NCBI GenBank assembly: GCA_010909165.1
Contig: VJWM01000408.1
Coordinates: 1 to 16,060, forward strand
DNA length: 16,060 bases
Reading direction: 5' to 3'
Origin: Anthoceros angustus
Lineage: Eukaryota > Plantae > Anthocerotophyta
This document shows, piece by piece, positions 1 through 9,172 of this stretch (positions are counted from its first letter, which is position 1; each line of letters opens with the position of its first letter). A program made the translations under genes and the position numbers. Below the pieces are notes generated by a model. The model was not told where the DNA came from. It saw nothing but the letters and a program-made list of their open reading frames with translations, and ran no database searches.

Positions 1-333
1 CAGGTGGAGAAGAGTGGTCTTAGAAGTAGGGACGAAATCGCGGTGTGAACCGGTCCACAGGCCCGTGGTAGGCTCTTCTTCTGAGGCGGGACCTGTGTGT
101 GTTGGTTGTAAGTTTGGTCTTAAGTAGGGACGAAATCGCGGTGTGAACGGGGGGTCCCTGGCCGTGGTAGGCTCCTTCAGGCGGGACCCAATTGTTTTGT
201 CGTTGTGGGTCGGTTGGATTTTGAGCGGTGCAAGTGGTGCATGCTGTGAGAGAGGAGAGTAGTGGGCCTTGCTTGTTGAGAAGGGAGAGTGAGAGTGGCG
301 ATTGGTGACCACAAGGCCTCGAACTTTCACACA
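1..333. mobile_element. Probable LTR end of a retrotransposon inserted in the gypsy integrase (truncated by the window edge)
   Basis: Apparently non-coding, contains a 100-bp-period duplication, and ends in ...TTTCACA(CA) (TGTG... on the minus strand) at 331-333, right where degenerate gypsy integrase sequence begins. The partner LTR and TSD are not visible. Confidence 0.4.
15..188. repeat. Two imperfect direct repeats of about 75-80 bp (period 100)
   Basis: Copies at 15-93 and 115-188 share an identical 27-nt core AAGTAGGGACGAAATCGCGGTGTGAAC (24-50, 122-148), followed by CCGTGGTAGGCTC and AGGCGGGACC. Confidence 0.9.
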
Positions 334-969
334 AGTCTCATGGGAAACCCAGCGTCTGAGCGGCATTGGGATAAGTGTGGCCGCTATAGTGGAGGACTGA
401 GGGGCGCCCGGACTCTCCTACCATAAGCAAGACTAAGGGCTCAAGATATGTGGGAGATCAAGGTAGCCAACAAGCTCCTGCTGCTCAAGACCACGGAAGC
501 CGAGAACAAGCATCGTATCGGGAAGTCTCATATGCTGGGCGTACCGCCTCAAACCGCATGCTATCCCACCCCGATCCAGCAGAAGACAAGCTTGCCTATC
601 GTTGCTTGCGGACTCCGCATCACGAAAACGGTAAATGGTGGCTTACCAATATGTGACTGGATGGAAGCTCGCCCTTTCCATGTCTCCATGCTCAAACCTG
701 GGTTTCCTAGCAGACCTCCTTCCCGATTCCCCTCACCAGTCCTGCTCGATGCCCAGCCGACACCCATGTCCCCACACCCTCTTTTCCCTCCCTCCCGCCC
801 ACCATCCCACCAAAGATCCATTTGCCCTGCATCGATCCTACAGTGAACGCAAAACTCGCATGGACTGGGGCGTGGATTTTCGGTGGATGACGCCACGGAG
901 CCGGATGACTCCGCCACTGCCGCTCCGATTCTAAACTCACGCTCTCATCACCGGCCGGAGGACCCTCTT
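334..969 (+). mobile_element. Degenerate Ty3/gypsy (chromovirus) integrase C-terminus with GPY/F region and chromodomain
   Basis: Motifs pieced across frameshifts: HWDK..IVE...SYH (~363-425, end of integrase core); KLAYR...RITK..VAYQ...PFHVSMLKP (~585-700, matches the gypsy 'HPVFHVSLLKP' motif); RGFSVDDAT(W)EP (~870-903, chromodomain-like). The frame runs into EDPLKG and the PPT. Confidence 0.75.
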
Positions 970-980
970 AAGGGGGAGAA
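970..980 (+). other. Polypurine tract (PPT) of the gypsy element
   Basis: AAGGGGGAGAA lies immediately 5' of TGTCACA, the LTR start. Confidence 0.8.
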
Positions 981-1309
981 TGTCACAACAAAGGATGCAC
1001 CTTACGATCCTAAGCTAGGCACACGGAACAAAAGGTACCGAGTTGAAACGCCATCCGGTCATCATTCGCCTCATCGATCGCTATAAAGATGAGGCATTTG
1101 ATTTCGTTACTAATCCACTATTCGCTATTATCCCGATATCCGCTATTTCGGTTATTAGGCTATCCGTCATTTACCATTATCTAGAACCATGGCTATTCAA
1201 AGCTTATGACTAGAAATTGTAATAGGTAGAGCGATTGTAGGATCCTCAGAATCGAATCGGTTTTAGGTAGACGCAGTAGTTGGGGCAACCTTCTTGGCCA
1301 TTCCCCACA
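981..1309 (+). mobile_element. 3' LTR (~329 bp) of the chromoviral gypsy element
   Basis: Starts TGT directly after the PPT and ends ...CCCCACA at 1309, where minus-strand copia RT homology (..AIPY) stops. TATA-like CTATAAA at 1081-1087. Predicted TSD CTGTA (1310-1314); its partner would be outside the window. Confidence 0.65.
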
Positions 1310-2120
1310 CTGTAGGGAATTGCCCCAAGAGGCAAATAATCTTTGCGCTCAAGTAGCCCCGACTGGTTCTGTGAATTTCCGTGTTGTGGCACCGGCTTTG
1401 CATCTTTGAGGTTGAATCTTGAGAGCAATCGTCGACGGTTCTTGGTGAATGAAGAAGGAATGGTCTCCGAAGTTCCTCTCGAATCAGACCCGCGCGCATT
1501 TGAGGATGCCCATGCTCGGCTATCTCATCGCTTGGATAATGTCCGACGTGTTGTATGAGCCGATCACTTCCAAAGATGAAGTTGTCATCTACGTAGAGAG
1601 TGACTATGACTAACTTGTCTTTGCTAGTCCTTAGTATGTATCACGCCGTAAGAGGTAATGAACCCACATGCTTTAAGGCATGTATCCACGCCTCATTCCA
1701 AACTTGTGCATTGCTTAAGTCCGTGATAGAGATTTGAGCAGCTTACGACTTTGGTCGGTCCTGCGAAAACCAGTGGCCGCAGATGTATATTTCTTCATGT
1801 AGTGTCCCATAAGAAAGTCAGCTTTAATGTTCACCGTGGATGTCCATCTTGTGCTGAGGCTGTGGAGTATTGATTGATGTTGACTACGTGGCTGAAGAGC
1901 CTATTTTCTTCGTAGTCGAAACCTGCGATTTGAGTGAAGCCACGCCACCAATCTCGCTTTGTAACGTGAGACGCCCATCCGCTGAGCTCTTCCTCAATGT
2001 CCACTTGCGGTGAGATTGCTTTTTGCCGTGGCAAACCGGGTGAGTGTCTAGGTTTTGTTCGTGATAAGGGAGTCATATTCGATTGCACCGCCGCCTTCCA
2101 TTCGTGTGGCCGAGAGCCAA
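1310..2120 (-). pseudogene. Copia reverse transcriptase (RVT_2-type), frameshifted and truncated
   Basis: EWKAA; KAI; (A)RLVA-RGFTQIAGFDYEE; GTLHEEIY; KLLKS..GLKQ; YVDD at 1584-1595; RFNLKDAKPV; ends at AIPY. Confidence 0.9.
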
Positions 2121-2669
2121 TGGAAGTAGGTACGCCCTGCATCTCGATTGCAGATAGCACATGGTGCATGACTAGCTACAACTGATCAAGGTGATGTGGT
2201 GTGTGTGCGGGTACCTCGTCTGCATTTGGTAATGATCCGCCTACCAAGGTGTTCTGTGTGTAGGTGGTTCTTTCCACTCATTCCGTGTTGGTCGATTTCT
2301 TGACCTGAGGAACCGAACATCCAAGGGAAAGACCGCCTCACTGGTGCAATACCAAAGTTGGACTGGACGTTAGTTTGAAGAGGTCAGACCGGATTGGGAT
2401 TACCGGGTCTGGATCCGTGAAGGATGTAGCCGATCCGTTGCCGCCGAAATGAGGTGGTGGGGCCGTCAAGTGTATTGTGGGAAAGGACCTCCTCTTGATC
2501 TTGAAGTAAAGAGGATGGTAATTCATCATATGTGCCCGTCTCAAGGTCAAGAGGGGGATACCCGGAAATACCTGGTACTGGTAAGGGGGTTGAAGTGATG
2601 GAGCTGTGAAGGTAAGTTTGGAGAAGATGGGATTCGTTGAAGTGGACACTGCGAGAAAGAATAACCTCT

Positions 2670-3430
2670 CTACTGAAGGGGTCGAACAGTTTGTAAGCCT
2701 TGACTTGGTCGGAATAGCCAATGAATAGGAGCTTTCTACCCTTGTCATCCCATTTCTTTCGTGTTTCATCTGCAATGTGAGCAAAGGCGGGACTACCGAA
2801 TATCCTAAGATGGGAAATGCGGGGTTTATGGCCCGTCCAGCATTCAAAAGGAGTGGTATTGGGGAGCTCCTTAGTGGGTAGGCGATTTCGAGGTAAATGG
2901 CGGACACAACCGCCCAAGAGCCTCGAGAGGCCCGACAATTTGAGAAGGGAGCGGAGATCTCAAGGATGGATCCGCTTGAGACGCTGCCAAGGGTTCGAAG
3001 GTGTGTAGGAACAGTGAACGCGCGGATGCCGTGGGATTGGCGTAAAGCTTGAAAAGGATGGTCGACATATTCTCCGCCGTCTCAGGCGGTGGTGGTGACC
3101 GAAGCCACGCTCAGCTAGCACGAACTCGAAACAAAGCAAGGCTTCTAACTTGTGTTGAAGAAATGAAATGTGACAAGCACTGCCCATCTGCCTAAAAGGT
3201 GATGAAGTATGAACGGCCTCCAAAGGATGTGGTACCTATGGGGCCGCAGAATCCGAGTGGAGCCAAGAAGGCGACGGCTGGGAGAACTGGGGAAATGGAG
3301 ACTGATTGAGTTTTGTGTACTGGCATATTTCGCAGAAAAAGTCCGGGCCGACTCAAGTTTGATGGGATCTCGGTACATATCCGGGTTGGCTAACTGTTTA
3401 AATAGGGGGTTCATGTGACCCGTCTGCTAT
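2670..3430 (-). pseudogene. Copia integrase (pre-integrase zinc-binding part, core, SH3-like C-terminus)
   Basis: GHMNP near 3420; ORF 2384..2938 contains NRLPTKELPNTTPFECWTGHKPRISHLRIFGSPAFAHI..RKKWDDKGRKLLFIGYS...KAYKLFDP. Confidence 0.92.
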
Positions 3431-3739
3431 AAGAGAGACTCTTTGGGAGCTATGAGGGTGCCTTCCACAAGGAGGGATGATGAAGACCGGATGTTTAGGA
3501 GATACAAGTCATTGTAAGGAGTCCATGAGCCGAGCAAGACACCGGTCTTTGGAATGGTGTATAGTGGGTTACCTTGGAAGGTGATGACCGTGATCATGTT
3601 CAGGCGAAGTTTCGGCGGAGGTTTTTAGTCATGGAACGTGGAGTACCGCTTATGGTGAGGGTCTCCATTTGATAGTCGGAGTAGTACTTCTCCGCTCGAC
3701 CAGAAGTGCGCCGCCCCTATACTGGCCGCCGAGGATGTC

Positions 3740-4660
3740 GTGTGGAATAACATGTCCTTGCAACAAATATGCGTTGTTGCTCGAGTCGAGGAACCATCGT
3801 GTTTTATCCGCCCCGGTCAAGGTAAGATGATGGCGAGAATAGAGTTTGATGGTGTAGCTCTTGTGGTAGTCATGTGAGACTACCGGGAGTCTCTCGCCTA
3901 GGCTCTCCGTTCTGCTTCTTCCTGCATTCATGCTCAAAATGGCCGGTATCTTACACCAATTGCGTGCTCCTTTGTGATTTCGTGGTGTGAATCTGCCTTG
4001 ACCAAACTGTTGTGTGGGCTTGTCGTGGTCTTCGTGAGAAGTTGTTTCGGTTAATCTTCTGAACCACGCCCCTTGATGCGAAGAGGGCGGGTTTGGCCGC
4101 CGAGCCCTCTCGTGTTGTGGTACGATCGCTTCTTCTTCGAGCAATGCGCCTAAGACTTCAAAGAAGGTATATGCCGTATTGAGCTCGGGCTGCACTTTGT
4201 GCTTGTCAAGTCGAGCTCGTGAACTTACGAAAGTTCGTAAGATGCCGAGATGTTAGTAATGCTACGCCGCTGATATTCGCTTAAAGTGGTGCCGCTTGAC
4301 GTGAGTTTGGCTCATGCTCGAAAGTTGTGCACATGTTGCTCAACTGCTCGCCTCCTTCATTCTCGAAGTAAAATCGCTGTATGGCCATTATGGACATGGA
4401 GCTCGAGCTGAAACATGTCCTTGAACACCTTCCATATATCGCAGTCGCCTCCGCCTCATGCGTCGGAGCATGTTCTTATCTAGTGCGAGAAAAGGATCGA
4501 TGGCTCTTGTTGCCTTTTCTCCAGCTACGACGGTGGGCGCTTGCACCGATGCGCAGGGTTTTGTGACGGTGCCTTCACGATTTTCATGAGGTCGGTTCTT
4601 CTAGCGTAATGCGCATTTGCCAAGTATCGTAGTCGCTTCGTGAAGCGATCGCGGTCACGG
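3740..4660 (-). pseudogene. Copia gag (UBN2-type), CCHC zinc knuckle and aspartic protease
   Basis: YDTWQMR...DLMKIV...IWKVFKDMFQ...RMKE..VEQHVHNFR pieced across frames; WCKIP-GHFEHEC knuckle at ~3925-3960; protease WFLDS at ~3782-3797. Confidence 0.8.
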
Positions 4661-5172
4661 AATTCAACTTCGTTGTACTTATAATCGGTGTATTTACAAC
4701 GGATGGTCATGAGTGGCCATGTTTTGCCCTTCGCCTTGGGGTCCTGGACCGGATCGGCCAGCATGCATGATTCGGTGTTCTACCTATTGGCGATTAATGG
4801 CCATGTCTCGCACCATTGCTGAGAGAAATTCCATCTGTGATTCCAGCCTGATGATTTGAACGCGCAGATGCTCCAGATCTGTGTGAGTTTGCGCTGGGCG
4901 GTAGTGAATTTGTGCAGATGGTCTGACCTCGGATGTGCAGTGGCGTGCAAGTAAGGATCCGCCGGAGCGCCCTGGTATGAAGCGAAACCCTCCTGGATCG
5001 AATTTCTACTCGCAATCTTCACGGTCGGCTCGCCAGATAGGCGTAGTGTGGCGCTATCGATCGGTGTGCGTCTGCATATTGGGGACTCGATCGTCTTTGA
5101 GGTTCTTGCCTTGGTAGCCTTGGTGCTTGGTGATTCTTGACCAAGCTCGGGGCGAGGCTAAGCCATCTGAGG

Positions 5173-5187
5173 AGCTCTTCGATACCA
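5173..5187 (-). other. Primer-binding site, tRNA-iMet type
   Basis: Minus strand TGGTATCGAAGAGCT versus canonical TGGTATCAGAGC, directly adjoining the LTR. Confidence 0.8.
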
Positions 5188-5396
5188 TAAAGCGATGCAT
5201 AGAATGAAGAAAAAACATTGATTATTGATGTACTGTTGAACTCTTAAATACAGGTTTGAATTAGCAGTTGAACTGCTCAAGCTACTTTACGGTTATTGGT
5301 AACTACTTTAACCACACGTAGAACCCTAAGTGAAACGTGCCTAATCTCCGCTACTAGTCCTAGTGGCGCATACAATTAAACGTATTTGTTACAACA
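5188..5396 (-). mobile_element. 5' LTR (~209 bp) of the copia element
   Basis: Minus strand begins TGTTGTAAC at 5396, is AT-rich, has TATA-like TATTTAAG and ends ...TTTA next to the PBS. The second LTR is not in the window, so the outer boundary is inferred. Confidence 0.7.
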
Positions 5397-5940
5397 CTCA
5401 CAAGATGATGTATGAAGGTAGCCAAGTTGGCGCTCATTCTCTAGTCTCCACTAATTTTGATGGTAAGCATGCGATGGCCTCGTGAAGTTTGCTTCTAAGA
5501 AAAACCATCCTGCAATCAAAATGTGGAGGGAGAGAAGAGTGTGACCTAATGAGCTCTTCCATTGGCAGATTAGAAAGCAGGCAAGCTTACTTCAGAAGCT
5601 TTGAGGCCTCAAGGACTCCACACTGTATACAAGAACAACCAGTAGTTATGCACCCGAGTATGCATCTATTACTATTATGTTGATACATATTAGTTTACAT
5701 CCAATCTTGAAATACACCTCAGTTTTACAACAAACGGGGCTGCAAATGCGTGCGTTTGATATTTGCAGCCCTGTTTTTGTGGACATACGGTATTGTTTTT
5801 ACGTCCTAAGTGCCGAGGAACAATATGGTAGGACTATCATCGAAACTCGTGCAACACTCGAGATAATTCAGATGAAGAATCATTCATTTCATTCGTTTGA
5901 AAGCAAGATGCAATATTAGACTTACACACATGAGGAATCA

Positions 5941-6001
5941 CAACTGTTTCACCGTCTAGCTGTTCACATAAAAAAAACTAGTAGAGGTGGGGTGGCAACC
6001 T
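5941..6001 (-). pseudogene. 3'-terminal remnant of an additional P450 paralogue (RLPPHLY* plus 3'UTR)
   Basis: Minus strand AGG TTG CCA CCC CAC CTC TAC TAG (stop 5978-5980) matches the paralogue C-termini RLSHHLY*/RLPHHLY*. The flank CAACTGTTTCACCGTCTA (5941-5958) matches CAACTGTTACACCGTCTA (6111-6128). Confidence 0.7.
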
Positions 6002-6156
6002 TCCTCAACTGATGAGTCAGCATAAAATTGTCACACATGCTTGCAATTTCATTGCAAGTGTTATACCGCGTATACTAACAAGGTGAAACCAAAGAAGGTG
6101 TGACCAATTTCAACTGTTACACCGTCTATACTAACAAGGTGTTCAGATGGAAATGA

Positions 6157-8228
6157 CTAGTAGAGGTGGTGTGATAGTCTTGGAGTCGGTACGCCTCCAG
6201 GACGTGGGCTCTAGGAAGGGTGAGTCCCCACACTTCCTCCATGTCCACGTCACTTGGTTTCAAGCCCTTGGGAGGGGTCCAGTCGAAAGCTTGAAGAAGC
6301 CTGGCCAGTCCATATTGCACCATTATTAGGGCCAGACCCATCCCTGGGCACCCTCTGCGTCCTGTTCCAAATGCCAACAGTTCGTAGTGCTGCCCTTTAA
6401 CATCCATGTCGGGTCTGCACACGTGAGTTCACATCGCTTGCAACGTAAGTGCTCATGCTATCTACTGTACATGTACTTCGTGATTTGATGCACTGAATCC
6501 TCAGAGCCGTAATTCGCAATGCAGGGAGCTGCTACACAACACGAATATGAGACGCTGCTCGTACTTTGTTCCAAATCTTACCTCTTCAGAAACCTGTCGG
6601 GATGGAATCCCATCGGATTGTCCCAGACTGCAGGGTCTCGGCCTATGGCCCAAACGTTGACGAAGAGGGTGGTGTTGATAGGGATGTCGTAGCCCATCAG
6701 CTTTGTATGTTGAACGGACGCATGGGGCAAGCTCAAAGCGGAGGCAGGATGGAGTCGGAGTGTCTCCTTCACCGCAGCTTGGAGGTAGGGCAGGTTAGGA
6801 ACGTCAGCTTCCGCCACCAGCCTCTCCTTTCCCACAACACTGTCCAGCTCTGCCTGCAGTTTGGCAGCGATTTCGGGATGCCGGACTAGCTCAGCCAGCG
6901 CCCATTCCAGGGCGTTGGAAGACGTGTCTGTGCCCCCCACTATCATGTTCTACACGAGGTGAAGTTGCACGTGTCAGGATTCCATCACTTCCAAACCCAT
7001 GCAGTAGCTCTCCTCGGAGCCTAGAGCAATGTGTGAGGGAAGAGTACGTAATAAACGACTAACCAGGCAGAGTGCTTTGATGGTTGTGTCATTTAAATGG
7101 TCCAATCCATGTCTTGCTTGAAGCACAAGGAGATCATCAACAAAGTCGGGGTCCTTCTGCTTGGGATGTTGCCTGTGCTCCTGTAGTATTCTGGTCAAGA
7201 ACTCGTCCACCCTCTTGTGACATTTCTTCATGCGAGCTTTCAAGTTGGTGAACAGATCCAGAACAGACAGATAGGGAATGTAATCCCCAATCAGCGGTAG
7301 TCCGAGCAGCACGAACATCTCTGAAATCACTTGTATAAACTCCTTCGCCTCCTCCGCCTGAACAAGGTACCCCGCTGCCACAGGTCAGTACCAGGTAGAA
7401 TTTTTCCCAGTTCTACCGGACAGTCTCTACAAATTGGAACACATCCGTAGATGAAAAAAAACATACATCGATCTCCAGCGGGTCGTCTCCTCCGGTTGCT
7501 CCACCCGCTGTTGACCCCAATCTCAGAAAATATTTGCTGAAGCAGATTCTCGTCATGGAATTGAAGGTGAACGCTGGCAGCACTGAGTTCATGTTGATGG
7601 TAGCTGACTGGGCCGCGTCGTGGTAGATGGCTTTCACCATAGCGGATGCTGCCTCCTCTCTGATGTTCGAAAAATGTTGGATTTTCTGCTGCGTCAGAAG
7701 CTCACTTGTAACAATCTTCCTGCAGGTCACACAACAAAAAAAGCTCCTGAGGGGTCCATCCAGGAGAGAGAGGTTCCCAACATCTTCTCGTTCGTCCACG
7801 TACTGAAGCAATTGATGCTTCCTAGTTCCGCTCACCTTGCGAACCGCCAGTGTTCCCCGTATGGAGAGAACGCAACATCCCTACCACCATACGCCAGGAG
7901 CTGAATGGCGGAAGTACGTGGTCGAGATGCGAAAATGTGGTCCTGGCGTTTGAACAACTCTTTGCACACCTCTGAGAGGAGACCACAACGCAAGGTGTCA
8001 CTCCCAGTCGCAGGAACATGATGGGCCTCGTACCGCTTAGCCATATCCGTGAGCACATGGTGAGGCTTGCGCAGCTTGGAGGCAGTGAAGATGGTCAGAT
8101 TTCCCAGCACCGGAATCCCCAGGCCCTGGTGGCAACATCAGTTTCGGCCACTTCAGCCACCAATTGTACTTCAGCACAGCAAGGCTGAGGACAACAGTAA
8201 CGAGAGCGGGCCACAGCCACACCGCCAT
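6157..8228 (-). CDS. Cytochrome P450, CYP71 clan (A-type; CYP703/CYP92/CYP736-like), paralogue A, ~522 aa; 4 apparent frameshifts
   Basis: Exons 8228-7836, 7719-7467, 7357-7064, 6949-6582, 6414-6157 with GT-AG introns. N-terminal membrane anchor, LPPGP hinge, WRFAR, I-helix GGTDTS, ETLR, PDRF, haem motif [10 protein letters not shown]. Exons 2-4 are open; frameshifts at ~8120, ~8028, ~7973 and ~6190. Confidence 0.9.
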
Positions 8229-8500
8229 GGCAGACTATTTCACCACCCAGTGTATCGATTTGCGATGATATGGAAGGAACCACCTACAGTACAAGTAAAG
8301 GATGCCCAAAGTCGAGGGCAGCTTGTTCGGTCCAATTTCAGAGGCTTTGTGCTGCTCTGGACGGCTTCTGTCCTTGAGCTGCATAAGCTATGTCTAGTCA
8401 TGTCCAGTACATTACTACTGCTACAAAGATGATGGAGACAGTGGATATATGTAAATTGGGTGATGGGTGCATAGTGGATGTAGTGTTATTACAATATATC

Positions 8501-8777
8501 AAAATAGGTTATAAAGAATGTTCTAACAACAGGTTAACAGGTTACGGAGAATGCCTAAAATAGGTTATAAAGAGTGCCCTAAAATATCAAACTCGTATAC
8601 TTTCCAGAAAGTCATATACTTTTTAGAAAGTAGTCTTCTTGAGTTTACTTTCTAGAAAGTCATACACTTTTTAGAAAGTAGTCTTCTAGAAAATCAAGAA
8701 TAAAGGGCAAGTCAAGTCACCAGTAGGATTCAAGGTCAAGTGGCCAAATAGGAGTCAAGATCCAGTGACCAATAGGA
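8501..8777. repeat. Cluster of short tandem duplications upstream of P450 paralogue A (possible non-autonomous TE remnant)
   Basis: AAAATAGGTTATAAAGARTG at 8501-8520 and 8557-8576; 42-nt duplicate at 8598-8639 and 8646-8687; three ~24-nt C(A/C)AGTnnCCA..TAGGA units at 8711-8777. Confidence 0.75.
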
Positions 8778-9172
8778 AAATTTATCATTTCATTAGTGTA
8801 TATCTGTTATCCATCCGTCTATGTACGTAAACCCTAAATCTAATGGTGAAGAGAATAACCTAAAAACTCATGTTTCACAAGCAATATGTGCAAGCAAGGC
8901 AGTTGTCCTCATGTCGTGGTTTTGTCTAATAGTCTGTTACAGTTTTGTTGCTTCCTAGGTGCAAAGGATGAAATATGGATGAAGCCAGAGCAAGCCCAGT
9001 AGGCAATTGGCAGTATGGCAGGACTATGTTGAAAAGGCCTGCGTGAAACACTGAACATAACCACATGAAGAACCAATGATTCCAAAGCAAGCGTGCAAGA
9101 TCTAGACATACGCACACGGAGAAACACCACTGTAACAAGGTCTATACTAACAAGCTGTAAAGATGGAAATGA

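Larger units (their letters stand above)
1310..5396 (-). mobile_element. Ty1/copia LTR retrotransposon (frameshifted; 3' part cut off by the nested gypsy insertion)
   Basis: Minus-strand order LTR - PBS - gag - CCHC knuckle - protease - integrase - RT, with integrase before RT, which is diagnostic of copia. Confidence 0.95.

Noticed and set aside
15-188. Repeat-spacer-repeat pattern as a CRISPR array
   Set aside because: Only two long copies whose flanks are also similar, eukaryotic TE context, and no cas genes.
5677-5919. 80-aa plus-strand ORF
   Set aside because: AT-rich intergenic sequence with no recognisable motif and a non-ATG or weak start.
6009-6090. CTGATGAG ... GAAAC resembling a hammerhead ribozyme core
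   Set aside because: No stem II pairing between the bases after CTGATGA and those before GAAA, and no stem I/III with an NUH site.
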